A DNA stretch of 64,000 bases, taken from Phoronis australis (Eukaryota > Animalia > Phoronida). The translations under genes were made by a program, and so were the position numbers. Below the pieces are notes generated by a model, which was not told the DNA's origin, did no database searches, and saw only the letters and a program-made list of their open reading frames with translations. Where the stretch lies: positions 162,145 to 226,144 of the forward strand of contig NMRA01000457.1 of assembly GCA_002633005.1 (NCBI GenBank), in the 5' to 3' direction. Below, one piece after another: positions 22,592 through 36,102 of the stretch. Every line of letters begins with the position of its first letter. Position 1 is the first letter of the stretch.

Positions 22592-24540
22592 GTGAATGCC
22601 TACTAAATTTGTTGGGATTTTCAGCACTATTGATTGAAAAAATCTTTTCAAAAACTTTCTGATCGTGTTTCCGGGAACTTGAAGTAAATGCTATTCCTCT
22701 TACATATTTTTGTTTCGCACTTTTCGTTTGTGTAGAATAAAGGTGCACCACACATTCAATCAACACCAACATTTATTTACGACCTGTTGGCACACAAGTG
22801 CTTATACCACTTACTACTTAAAGTGACGTTCTTGCCGAGAAAAAAGGTTTTCTGAGATCCGTCCCAACGCAGAATAAAACTCGCGGTCGCCGTTCAACGC
22901 TTTACTGGCGGAGCTTTACCCCAGTCGATAAATGGTAGACTATTTTAGGTGCCTTTGGATAGGTTTTATGTTTTATATAGTTCCCTCTGAATCATACGTT
23001 TTCTGTCACCATTCCAATTCACTACTCGCACGAAATCGCCATTATGCGTGAGAACGAGGTGTTGTGTCCAAACTACAAGTGTTCTGCATGTTTGCAACAC
23101 GCGCGTTTTCATGTTTGCGTTGTAAAAGTGATGCAAAAACGAGACATTGAGTCCTAAATAATAATGCACAACAATCCTGTTTGGAGCGCCACCACTAGTG
23201 TGCAAGTAGTGAATTGGGTTTTTGAGTGATAATCAAAACTTTACAAGCTGTCGAACATCAAAAAGGGCTTTGTAAATTTTTGGAACGAGTGCTCTAAAAC
23301 TCATATTTCCCATTATTGTAAGTATAATATCACGTTATATTCGTTACATAAGCTAATTAGTTTTTTTTCCAATTTTGGCTTCGTTTTCATATTTTAGAAG
23401 CTTTACTTGCGATGCAATAGACAATGAACGCGTTAAAAACCAAATGTTCTTTCTTTGGTGAAATAATTCTGTACGAGAGTAAAATTCAAGAAATTTCCGT
23501 GCTGTGTTGTTCAATGGTGTTGAATACAAAATGACATACAGCGAAGTGCGTCAGTCAATGACATTGGTAGAGATTAAAACTATCCAGTAGTACGTTCCAT
23601 AACATTAATTTTGGGTGTTTTGAACATAGAGGAGTCGGCAATTTTCCTACCTTTAACGGTCGATAAATAACTCAGAAATAATTTAAATGAAATATGATGG
23701 CATGCTATTGCTTTTCTAGGTATTGCTGACGCATTGACACAAACACTTTGGAAATCTGTGGACCGGTTGCAAACCAACAAACCCCTGCAACGGGTATGCC
23801 GAAGTCACGAACGTCTTCGTTTTATATCTTTTGATTTTTTTGAAAGTCATAATAAAAGTCCAATTTTAACAAATCCTCCTACTACAAAAGTGAACCTTTT
23901 CACAAACAATTCTTAAAAGGGTTTTAGTAAACAGCACATAAACTATAATATCTGAACGATTCGTAGGAATCCGATCACCCATTTCTGAGACATGATGTTA
24001 TGAAGTTGGCCAAATTTGAACACATTTCTCGGGCCTACATAACATTCTTACTGACTAACCGGTGGCTGGGTTTATCGGCACTTCATTGTCCGAACTAACT
24101 CGCTGTGACATTCAGGGAAAGGCTACTGTGTTTGTACCATTACGGTTCACAACCAAATATTCTGAGATCGTACACACCCCAGCTCAAGCCTGGCGTCCGT
24201 TTTCCCTTAATTTATCATACGTGGCCGCGTAATTTGGAACTCTAGCCCTAAAGTTCTATGGCGTAACATGTGAATGACACGACTATCAGAAACTAAACAT
24301 CCATTGTTCAATCACCATCGAGGAAGACTCAAAAATGTCAAATTTAGCGATCGCCAGGCCTTAAATTGCAAATAACATGTCCAGGTTGACCACAGCGAAT
24401 GGCTGGCTGACGAAGGCCGCAATTGGCGATTTGAAATACAATCACAGAAACACAACGGATTTTGTTGTTTTATAGCTCTGGTCAAAAACTGACAAATTCA
24501 AGAAGACTACCCCGTCTAATAGTGACCTAAAACTAGAAAG

Positions 24541-25853
24541 ATTATTGTCACGGCGTGACAATAATGGACTCTGCGCGTGCGTATTAAAGGAATTGTTATG
24601 GGAAGTTACTGACAGTAACCCGGTTACCAATATGAAAAGGAATTCTTTAAATTGTAGGAGAAATTACTTATTATTTTTTTGATGACCTTTCCACTACTTG
24701 ACCTCTTCCGGTGCATTATGAGCCGCGATGAGGGAGTAATTGTTAACTCGATTAAAAGGCTGGTTAATGCTAATAATCACAGATGTTTTACTTTAAGCAC
24801 TTCAGAATACAAGATGAATGAAGTGGTCAAACTTTCAGAAGAAAAAAGCACCTAATGACCCCATGGGTGCACCAGATGACATGAAAATTTAGAATTCAAA
24901 CTCAATCGCACTTAGTAAACAGATACGTAATTCTGAAGTCTCTAGTTCAAAATTTTAGTTTGCACTCAATGACCTTTGAACTATTTTTTCTGATTGGTTA
25001 AGCCTATTGCAAAGTAAAGTAGGTTATTCAATTGGCATGTTGACTTACACCAGTGTGCTGAAATTGAAAATAATTCCTTGAAAAACGTAAGAGATATAAC
25101 ATATTGAACGTTACATGACCTTTGCACTAATTGACCTTATCCGGTGCATTTTAAGCATCTTTAGGAGAATTATTGCAAAGCCCATGGAAAATATGTTTAA
25201 CGCTGAGAATCACAGTTGTCTAACGGTTGACACATCAGAATATTTGCTGATTGAAAAGGTCAAATTTTCAGAAGAAAAATGCACCTAGTGACTCCATGTT
25301 TGCACTAAATGACCTGAAACTTTGGATTCCGATTTGATTTACCTGTGGCAATCAGACCTGTCAATTTGAAGTGTCTAGCTCAAAATTTAAGTTTGCACCT
25401 AATGACCTTTGACCTATTTCACCTGATTGGATGACCCGATTACTTAGAAAAGTAATTTTTTAAATTGCCATGTTGTGCACCGAATTTGAGAAAGGTAGCT
25501 TTTTAAAGCTGAAGGAGGAGTAGCATTTTGAAAATTACATGACCTTTGCACCAAACGACCTCTTCCGGAGCAATATGGAATATGATTATATAACCAATCA
25601 AAATTTATATACTGTCAAAAGTCATATGCTGAATTTAAAGACCGTACCTGCACCCAATTTGTAGTTATTAAGCCTTAAAGTTGGTCGGAAGAAGAATGAG
25701 AAGAAGAATAAGAAGAATAAGAATAAGAATAAGAATAAAATTGAAGAAAACCCAGGAACAACAGTACTCTGCGCTTACACGCGCAGAGTAATAAGAATAA
25801 GAATAAGAATAAAATTGAAGAAAACCCAGGAACAACAGTACTCGCGCAGAGTA
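24541..25853 (-). mobile_element. Helentron-associated (HINE-like) element with ~430-bp tandem units
   Basis: Hairpin attattgtcacg-g-cgtgacaataat (24541-24565), subTIR actctgcgcgt (24568) paired with acgcgcagagt (25779), unit atgacctt...ccgg repeated at ~24682, ~25115 and ~25538, an (aagaat)n microsatellite, and a duplicated 5' end. Confidence 0.7.
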
Positions 25854-25934
25854 ATGAGGTTTTCGGTCGTAAATCTGATTATGGCCCTTTGAGTGCTACT
25901 GTTAGCTCTTACCTATTTCTGCATTTACTTGTAG

Positions 25935-26099
25935 ATTTGAGCACTTGGACACAATGGTACACCGGGAAGCGTTGCAAATTCACGTGTTACAACAGGGGCT
26001 ATAGCCACGTAGTCGCGAACTGCTCGTTACTGAACAATGGACTTTGCGAAGGAGAACGATCCGTTCATCATGTATGCCCTGAGGATGATTGTTTTCAAG
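25935..26099 (+). CDS. Degenerate TSP1-like Cys-rich exon
   Basis: DLSTWTQWYTGKRCKFTCYNRGYSHVVANCSLLNNGLCEGERSVHHVCPEDDCFQ has WxxW, CxxTC and six Cys. Acceptor tttacttgtag|, donor g|gtattg, phase 1-1. Confidence 0.7.
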
Positions 26100-26485
26100 G
26101 TATTGAAATCTTTGCAGAGCTTCTTATCCACATTCTCGTTGTCAGTTGTCATTACATCGTGGTCGTCGTCATCGTTATATATGGAACGGTCTTAGTCTCA
26201 CATTGTTACGATTGAGTTGGACGGGTTCAGTTTTCACGGCTGCTTGCGCCGAAAGTACAAAGATCACGCCTTGCTAACGTTTAACCTATCAGGTAGCGTG
26301 CTTTGGTCATACTGATACCATAGTTGGAGTTGACTTGTCCTCGATAGTAAAGAAAATAACCAAACATATGCTCTCGTTCAAGTGGAGTTGACCGTTAGGG
26401 TACCAATTCAATATAAGTGTATAAGAAATGTAATATTGCTATTAGTGACTGGTTGGGCAAAACATGTTGTGGCAAGACAGTTTAA

Positions 26486-27421
26486 AGTGTACACAACATG
26501 ACTCTTGTACCTCAAAATAAATTTTATTATTATATCTTACTAGATTTCAGTGCCTTTAGGGCACAGCTCATAAAGAAACACGCAAAAATTGAAAAAAATA
26601 ATGATTATGTATAACGCCATGGGTTGAAACAAAGTCGTTCGCCAAACTGTTCGGATCAGAGAGTTATGCAAAGTGTATTGAGTGAAGAGAAAGCAAAATA
26701 CATTTAGCGTCGAGAAGGTTCGTAGAGGGATCAAAAGATGTGTTTCCGGAGGCTGCAGCAACAGTAGCCAGCCGGAGAACGTCTCGGTGTTCCGAAGGAT
26801 ACCAAAGTTGCGCAGGAGTGGCATCGCTTCGTGCGCCGAACGAGAGTGTGGGATGTCATCGTGGACCAAGCGATTCGGTCCGGGGCCCACTTTGAGGACT
26901 CGCGTTCCAACTCCAGTCACAAGAGACATTACGATGAAGGCCTGGTTCAATAAAGGACAATATTCATCATTCAGAAACATCAGCTCTTAGTTCAGGATCG
27001 TCTGTTGGATGACTGGGTTGACTCGCCGAGCCCGAGGCCGCTTCTCTCGCGGGAGGATCCAGTTCGTAAGGCTCAAAGTGGAAAAGTACGCAGCCGGAAG
27101 CACATTAAACTTATTCTCGCTTTCGTGCAACTCCATTTCCTCATCCTGGCCACCATTTTCGTACGTTTCTTCATAGTATTCGTTCCATTTTTGCTCATAA
27201 TCGTCGTCGCTTTCAAATTCCCTGCTTTCCGCCATTGTTCAAAGCTAGTCACTAATCTCTTGTGTTCAACCCATGACGTCACATGGCGGGAAATGTGAAA
27301 ATTGGCAAAATTTCGAGCTAATTACACAAAATAAACATGGGTTTAGCTAAATTTTACGTCATACATTTAGTTTGTGGCCACCGGTAATTCAAAATGTGCA
27401 AAAATCCATGGTGGGTACTGT
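26486..27421 (+). mobile_element. Non-autonomous Kolobok-type DNA transposon (copy C)
   Basis: TTAA at 26482-26485 and 27422-27425. TIR agtgtacacaacatg / rc acagtacccaccatg. + strand THAP remnant KRCVSGGCSNS...VF / PKDTKVAQEWHRFVRRTR...GAHFEDS. - strand acidic ORF from 27235 with a frameshifted FEPYELDP motif. Confidence 0.78.
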
Positions 27422-30400
27422 TTAAAGAGGCCTGGAACGCATTAAACAGACTAAACTGCAATATTGAAAGTGGTTCTCTGCCTCTGAAACAGAATTCAAC
27501 CTGCTTACCAGGTATTTTTAGGATTTGTTTGTAAATATTTTTAATTTCCGTTGTTATCAAATCAAAAGACATTTTCTTTTAGTTTCAAATTTCAAACTGC
27601 TCGCCATTTCGTCGATTTTCCTGCCACAAAGCAAAGCACGTTTCCTTATTTGGTATGGCAAGACATAGAGGTAGCACATTTCCCTTACGTGGAAAATGTG
27701 ACCTTTGACCTTAAGCGACTACAACCAACTAATTGTGAGCGCATGAGTGCATTTATCATAAGTGGGAGGGAGATTATGATTTCTGTGGTAACCACAGTTT
27801 TTCTTTTGCGCGGATTTCAAAAATCGTGAATTTATTCTGTGCTTGACGTTACGAGATGGTGCTTTCGACAGGAATTGTCTAAGATATTTTTGACCAGCGT
27901 TCGCATTCCATGCCTCTTTAAATGTGTATTTAATAAAATCCGGTCGTTTTCAAGTGCCAAATGTGATAGTTTACTTCAACAGGCAGTTGTAATGTCGAGT
28001 AGTTATTCTAAATCTTGTCAACAGTCACCAGCGCGCATAAACCGTCCAACTGAATCGTTACAAGGTGGTGAACCTTTCCAACTGAGTCGTCACAAGGTGA
28101 CGATAATGACAGTTGCAAGAGTTGTCGTCGTCTCCATGGGCTTCTAGTTAAAATGTGAACAACTTCCAGCTTCCTTAAAAAAAAAACGTGAATGCGTTGC
28201 CTTAACCAACTAACGTTCGCCGCTCCTAATCTTTTCTCGTTGGGTTGGCACTTGCTCTGGAAAGTTTTGGGTTCTCCTCAGTTCGTTCAGACAAGTATTG
28301 AGGCCTTTGTTTCAAGTTATAATGCAATGAAAGCGGAATCAAAGTAAATGAAAACCTCCTCCCTGTTCACATGTTTAGAAAGATTTCGTAAAAATGAACT
28401 CATTGACATATTTAGGTAAAAAACAATTGGTTCCGATCTTCTCGTTTTATTGAAAAAGAAAATCCAACTGAGGTGAGCAAAAATGATGCGTTTATGAGCA
28501 ACTCAACCAGTGTGGGGTGGGTTGAGACTGGTGGCAGTAACAGTGCTCAAAAAGTCTTCCTTTTAGTCTCACTGGCGGCAGAAAATATGGAAATGCTGTC
28601 ACAATCCAGCAAGTTACCAGGTGGTCATATAGAATATATTTTACAAGTAAAACTCTTTCACCCTCAGAGTAGTGTTTCATGAATAGAATCTCGGGGCAAA
28701 CACCGCGTCGTTTCCTGGAAGAGTCAGTTTTGACTGAGACACAGACGATCTATGACCTTGCGAAACTTCACCTAGCTGTCATACAAGTTCGGAACGGCGT
28801 GCTCATACGTTCAAGGCACCTCTGTTTTCAAGTGCTACTTTCGGTGATTTGTCAAAGTTGCGTTTTTTGCTCTGCCTTAGAGATGTGCTAGCAGGCTACA
28901 CATTGTCTGCGTTGGCATTTGTTATAGGTTGTCGTGTGGAAAGCTTCGATTTTTTGTATAACAAAATACAAATTATTCAACTTAAGATGAATCTTGAAGT
29001 GTGGTTTCGTTCACCATAATTCTGTTTCGTAAGCAGACGCATGATCTTCTGCTAGAGTTTCTCAGTTAGGTTAGGTTAGGCATTTTTAGCCAATCATAAC
29101 TTTAGTTGGCGTTACTTATTGACGTAGGTAGTCAATCTTCATAATGCCATATATGAAAAATAAGTATTAGCACAGTTTCACCATAGAATGTACATAGGGA
29201 CTGACAACTCTCGTCAGAGTGTGTTGAGCATTTTGCAGACCAAAGGGCATAAGCACTGGTGATGAGAGGGCGCTGCGGACGGAAGAAACAAAACTTCCAG
29301 TTTTACGAATGTTGCAGCCGGCCGTCCCGCGTTTGAAGATCTAGTTAAGGTCCGAGAGTTAAGTAAATAGTCCTGCTATTTGTTTTTTGAAGTTTTTTAA
29401 GACTTATAAAAATAAGGCGCGTATGTTGTTCTATGCCATGTCGTTTGAAAGTATTCACAAGATAATTCAGTCATGTTATAAGTTATAAGCGCCAAAAACG
29501 TCTTCTGCTGATTTCTCGTGTTTTCACTTACAGTCGCATCAGCTGATTTTTTAACACAAGTAGTGTTAGTGTTTGTTTACATTCAGTAATGCAAGAATCA
29601 ACTCATAAGCATAGGCACAAGTATTAACCGACAAAAATTAATTTGTAACAATATTTAACAATAAATATTTGTGTAATTTATACAGCTATGTTCTTGGGGA
29701 AAGGGCCAAGGCTAGCTGACATTGACATATCATGTGCAAAACCTGATTGTCAACAACTTGCTGTCATTATCACAATAGGCCAAAAGTACATTGTAACGCC
29801 TCTTCTAAACATACTTATGATTATGCAGAATTGGTTAAATACACGACACACCCTTAGCATACTATTTTTTTCCAAAATAGAGTTTCTCAACCAATCGTGA
29901 TATTGTAGAATTTCCTCTTGATCTATCTTATTTGAGAATTCATACAGGAAGTCCTATAGCTTGAGCATCAGCATAGAGCACTTATAAAATTTCCAAATTT
30001 AAAGCAATCCAATGTTTAACAAGGGTAATCCCATCAATGTGTACTGCTTTCCAAGAGGACCAGGGCTACTGCACCTCAGAGTGTACAGATGTTTGAAATA
30101 ATAGCTATCACCATGTGCATTAATTTATATTTATCACGACATATATTTACTAATGGCAAAAACTTCACCTCCAAATCAATATTCTGGGATGTCATGTCTT
30201 CGTATTGTCGTATAAGTCCTGGTACAGCACCATATTTGTGTAGATTTTCTAGTTGATGAAAAAACGAAAAATTGAATAGCAGAACTGACATTTTTGGAAA
30301 AGTATGCATCAAAAGTGGTCGATTGACATGTAGTAACCTACATGAAGGTGAGACAAAGTCGTCACAGAAAAAAAAACAACACTGTTACTGTTAGCAGGTG

Positions 30401-32616
30401 GATAGCTGGGGCTAGGCATATATTGCAGACGTAGTGACAAATGAGAAAGTACTACATTTAGGTCGAACCAAAATCCTATAAAATCACAACTTCAAACTAA
30501 ACAACTGCGAATTCAACTACATGGAGAGGTTTTATCCAGTTAATCCAATCTCCTTTTCTTAGGGCCAAAAGCCTTGATTCTTGTATTGAGCTGTCGCAGT
30601 ATTCGGGCCGAATCAACAACTTGTCAAGTTATTTCTGGCGCGATTTATAGCAAAATCCAGACTTGTATGACTGGCATACGCGATTCACTTTGCATGAAAC
30701 ACAGCAAGTTAGTTTCAAACTCAAAACAAAATTTGTTTGAAGTACGCGAAATAAAACCAAAAGTTTAACTTCGTTACTCCACGAAACCAAGACACCGGAA
30801 ATTACGAGTCCTCCGAACGTAGTTTCGTGTTAGGACGCGCGACTTCACGAAGCTGCGAATCTCTTAACTAGTATCTAGGATTTCACAAGACTTCTTCCGT
30901 GCCTGTCTACGACTTTGGAACGAATTAAGCAAAGCCGAGAACTGATTCTCAAAACTGTGACCAAAGACGGATACTTTTTACGAGACTGATGTTGCACAGA
31001 ATAGATGTCTGTTACTGAACAAGGTTTTGGTTTGCGTGGATTCCAACAACGTGACTGCAGATATGTCACCAGTTTGGACGCAACGACAATCGCGGCTTCA
31101 AATTAAATTAAGTTTATTTTGCTCATTTGAAAGCACGTCTCTACAGAGATTCAAAACACTGCGACAGGGAAGCGTCCTGGATGGCAAAGCGACAGGGTTG
31201 CTACACTGGGGGGGNATAAAATCCGGTCGTTTTCAAGTGCCAAATGTGATAGTTTACTTCAACAGGCAGTTGTAATGTCGAGTAGTTATTCTAAATCTTG
31301 TCAACAGTCACCAGCGCGCATAAACCGTCCAACTGCAGATATGTCAAAGCGACAGGGTTGCTACACTGGGGGGGACCGGGAGGACCGCAGAAACGGTCGG
31401 CAGGCGGCGAGAATCGATGCTAAGTGGTAAAATAATTCAACAAATAGAAAGAAACACAAATGCAACTCGCAAAACGCAAAAGTCGCTGCAGGTATTGCAG
31501 TATATTGCGCCAACATAATGGCGATCACTTTTAAACGGTTTTTCGGCTTTTAAGTGACTAAGCCAAGCTTTGTGGACTTTACAATACTGCCCATTGCGTC
31601 TTTTCCAGGTACCTGGATATCGCTTGACAAATCATGGCTTTTCAGACCATATTTATGAACTTTTGTGCAGCTTTCCAAAGAACACGATTCATTAGTTCAA
31701 GTTGATGTGGGTGGGCGCTTTTTTACTTTTATTCTCCCACGGAAAACAAGGTCGCAAGTTCGTCGCATAGAGATCGGTAGATAGACATATCCATTGTTCA
31801 TCATGTTTTCTGATAAAAAAGACAATGACAAGCATTTATTGGTAACCGGTTGATGTGCGCCCAAGGTACGATAACCGTGCGACCTGTATTGCTATATCCA
31901 ACAAAGACGAAACAAAGAAAAACAATGGTAGTATCCCATAGGCGATAATCATGAGACCCGCTTACGCCCGTCGCTTGGATGTCGCAAGTTAAACAATACA
32001 TTGTCTTTGAGTGCAGGTCTCAAAATGAGTCGTGGTTAAGACGTGAACCAACTGCGTTTATTTTTGCGTCATACTTGTTTTTTTTTCTCAGCCTCTCGAG
32101 CTGCAAATCGGTTAGATTTACCTTCAGTGGTGCATGACCTTCGAAAGTTGAGTTCGGTCCTGAGAGCATAACCTTTTGGAGTTAGTGGTGTGTCCAGGTG
32201 TTCATTATACCTTTGACCTTTTCAGCTGACATATCGTCTGCTGTGTTTGGTTCGAATTTTTGACTCGATCTGAAAGAATTTTACTAGTGTACGGTGTCAG
32301 AAGTATGATACAACAAAACCTTTTTGACGAGTTGAAAAATAGTATCTTATGAACCTCATCTTATACACGAACATTGATCAAACCGACGTTAGAGAGTGTT
32401 TTAACATCCAAAACCCAGTCATTGGGCCTTTAAGTAGCCGCCACGTTCCTATCGTTGATTTTAATACTTAAGATATTCAGCATGAACATCTTCAAAAAAG
32501 TTATTCTTATCTACTCGTTTGTTTTCCCATGTTAGCTGCTTCTGAGTTAGTTACTTGCACGCCCGGAAAGGGAGCTAAACAAGTTCTCAGCTCTTAATTT
32601 TTGTCGTTCCTTTCAG

Positions 32617-32841
32617 CTTGGTGCGCTGTTACTTTGCCAGGACCTGACAGCCATTACACGGTAGCGATCTTGGATGGCGACTCCATAAAGGGACCTAAGC
32701 TGAACGTGACTCACGGAACGAATGTCGCGTTCAAATGTATTATGGGTTACGAGTGGCCCTGGACTCTGACAGATGCCACAAGAAGCAAGCTGGTGAAGGT
32801 GTGCCTCTTCGGACATTTAGAAATTCCGCCTTCTTGCTCTG
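32617..32841 (+). CDS. Sushi/CCP-like domain exon
   Basis: AWCAVTLPGPDSHYTVAILDGDSIKGPKLNVTHGTNVAFKCIMGYEWPWTLTDATRSKLVKVCLFGHLEIPPSCS has the G-x-x-V-x-F-x-C-x-x-GY...C...P-x-C pattern. Acceptor cctttcag|, donor g|gtaggt. Confidence 0.75.
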
Positions 32842-33802
32842 GTAGGTGTAACACCATCCAACTAAAATGCGCGATTTTCGATACCAGCTAGAAAGACAGA
32901 TTTTTTACCAAATCTTGCAGTTTTATGACTCCGAGATCTTCTAATGCTTTTTAGTTAGCTAAGACGGTCGTAATGGGCACATTGGTTAATGAAGGTGTAT
33001 TAAAATGCAAATAACGGTCAAGGTTATGTCGGTTGTAACGTTTTGGTTTCATTGGATAACGCAGCAGTCAGTATGCTACGGTCACATCAACGACTGGGCG
33101 CATGAGCTTTAATAAAACTGGTTCCAGCTCTAGGGACTTCAGATAGACTTCAAAATCAATGTGCGCTCAAAACTCTCAGTTATCAGTCACATTTGTAGTT
33201 CAGCCCGAAAATTACCCCTGGAAGAGGATTTGACTGCGGATATTAGCTGTAGTCTCTTTTCACATTTTAGAAAAGTGTGACTCAGGTTCATTGAACCATA
33301 TGTCCTCAAATCTATGGTTCAAATTTAGAGGAACACTGAGTGATTGACGTTAATCTTTTCTGTCTTTTTTGATTCGATTTTCGGCGCCCGATTATCATTC
33401 ACGGTGTCTGCTATGCGTTACGCGACAAGTGGTTGATCTCATAAACTGGGTTTCAGTTACGAAGCACGTAAATCCGCATTTAGAATAAGTACATGTTACT
33501 TCATAATACTGCAGACCCAAGGCACTATCGATGACACCGAGTTTGATTGGTTTTGATCGACTGTTGAGAATTGCCGTTGTATCAGAATTTGGAATTCCAT
33601 GCGTATTCTCACGGAAGGCTAAGTAAAGCAGGATTGTCAACCCAGTTTTAATGCGTCAGTTTGCCCGAGGTAAGAAATCACGGTGCGCCAATGAAAATCT
33701 TATTGTGCCAACTGGAGTGTGCTCTGTAAACTGTGTATACACATTCCTTGAAATTCTTTAAAGATTTTTTAAAGCTTACTTTCACCAGTGTATTCTTAAC
33801 AG

Positions 33803-34500
33803 GTGAGACAGCGAGCGTGTACTTTTGGCTTGGCATTGGATTTTTCGTAGCCGTTGCACTCGCAATCATGAAAACTCTCATCAAATTCGGAATCACTGCG
33901 TTCAAGCGCCGCCACAGGCAAACCAGTAACTCAAGCGACCACAGTTTTCATGAGACGTCAGTCGTTTCAGACTCAGGTAACGTGGAACGTCTCGAGGAAA
34001 ATGATGAAGATGAGCACGGCGGTGATCAGTATAATGCAGATCTCGTGCAAAAACAAACGGTTGTGCAGTCGATCGTCATTGAAAGCGGACGACGAAGTTC
34101 GGCAACAGCAGATAACATCGAGGTATTCTTCGACGCAGTCGAAGATTTTAAAGATAAGAGGCCGAATTCTAGTGCAGAGGCCGATGGCCCACCACCAAAG
34201 ACACAAGAGGATATCCAAAACAGCAGCGAAGGGAAAAGTGAGGAAGGTAACAAAGAAGGGCAGAAAGATGAAAACAAGGAAAGCATTGGTTTTGACTTAA
34301 AGCAAACTTCTTCTAAAATTGTTCATTTTAGCGAGAACAAGTACGTGGTCGATATTCCTTTGGTGGGCAAGGGACATTCCGTTGTTGAAGCGAGGCAAAT
34401 GGCACACGATAAGAAACACCAAGAGGCTGCTATGCACGGGAAGCATAACAGTCGCCAGCGATCACACGATAATTTGCACCATAAAGCGGGAAAAAAGTAA
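33803..34500 (+). CDS. Terminal exon: transmembrane helix plus charged, low-complexity cytoplasmic tail
   Basis: Acceptor ttcttaacag| (phase 1). Hydrophobic VYFWLGIGFFVAVALAIM is followed by basic KRRHR and about 195 aa of D/E/S/K-rich tail to TAA at 34498-34500. Confidence 0.8.
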
Positions 34501-36102
34501 CACAACCGGTCCTGGTCTGTTTTCCTTGAAAATTGGCGTGTTATTTTTAATTGAAAGTCGGAAAGATACCTGATGCAAGTTGAAATGAGGAGGGATTCAT
34601 CGTTCTGTTTGTACACTCGGGGTCACCTGATACCAGTGGAAAAGAGTCGGTGTCCTTTTTGTAACACAATATTGCCTGAGCTCATCTCAACTTTGAGACA
34701 CAGGATTCGAAATGAATCTGGTACAGGCCAGAACCAAGTATGCCACTTTTTACTTAACACCACGACTGCCTAAAATCGATTGTAAAATGCCTATCGCACA
34801 TGTGGTAACGTCTACGTTACCCAACTTAGGTAAGAGGCGGTCAGGGTAAACAGTGCGAAAGACAATGAAGCTTTGAGGAGACACAAAAACGAATCTGAGG
34901 ATTGAGCACACTGGTTCCAAGAGTCGTGATTGCTTGCCATCCATTAAAACGTACAAGATACACAATGAGGGTAACTACTGAGAAAGTTTCATGGTGCATT
35001 GTATTGCGTTGCGTAGGTACAGGATCTATTGTGACGTCATGTAGCAACTCTTCCCGTAAGGCGTACATTTCCTTCTTCGTCGTGATTAGTTGTTTCATTG
35101 AACATGGTTTCGGATTGGTCACAGAAACTTCAAGGAAGCCTAGATTTGTTCCTGTATTTATCACAATCGCGTCGGTCAGAAACAACGTGGGAATGACGAA
35201 TTAGTCATCAACACAGTTTAGCTGGACGGATCGCGTATATGTACTACATTTATGTCCCCCACTGTCTTATTCGCCGTCGTAATTTTTTCAATACGTCAAA
35301 TTACTGCTTGATAAAGCACGATTATCGTGGTAAAGAAAAGTATAGAAACATATAACACAGATGTATCTGTTTCAATCAAGTTCAGATAATTCTACGTAAT
35401 GACACTATTCGACCAATGATACGAAAACTTCAGAACGCGATGTCATCGTACACCATCGTATGCCCATGCGTTTGAGCCACTGAGGAAGGTTTCTTATTTT
35501 ATATCAGTTTTGGCTGTGGTTTGTAAAAGTTGTTCGTCATATGATAAAACAAGTATCAATGCTTTCATCCATTGTAATGCTGTTTTGGGGAATTCACTTT
35601 GGGCACTACCACGGTGTAAGTGAATTGCGGTTTGTGTTTATAGTTTACTTAATTACTGCACTGTGCACACTGGTCATGAAATCATACTGAACACGACCAC
35701 CGAGTTTGACTGGTGCAGATTGCTGATTATTACATACTCGTGATGTCAGCCCGAATGGCAATGTTTGTCAAAATCAAATTTTCATACAAGCCTTTGAGTT
35801 TGATTCACTGTCCACATTTTTCGTTCAGGTCCTTATCTCAAAGGAATAGTGTACCTCAAAAACTCCAAAATATATGTATTAAATAAAGTAGCTTGTAACA
35901 TGGTATAACGGTTTCCCCTTTTCTGTTTTCAAGCCTTTATGAGCACAGTGTTGTACCTCGGCCGAGATCATTAAACCGTCCGCCTATTTCCGTCTATGTC
36001 CGTAACCTTAGTTCCCCGAACAACAGTTAGGAACGATTCCTGAACGATGGCCATGTCCTTGAAAGCGTGTTGATATCAATTTAAACGAAAAAGCATTATT
36101 TT

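Noticed and set aside
24682-25570. Regularly spaced repeats as a possible CRISPR-like array
   Set aside because: Units are ~430-bp degenerate tandem copies without unique spacers, inside a HINE-like element in a eukaryotic intron; no cas genes.
29940-30312. Minus-strand exon-like pieces (HKYGAVPGLIRQYED, KAVHIDG) as a transposase remnant
   Set aside because: Too short and interrupted to assign; no element boundaries resolved.
33950-34616. Overlapping alternative-frame and antisense ORFs in the terminal exon (likewise 39172-39723 over RASSF)
   Set aside because: Shadow ORFs of real coding sequence.
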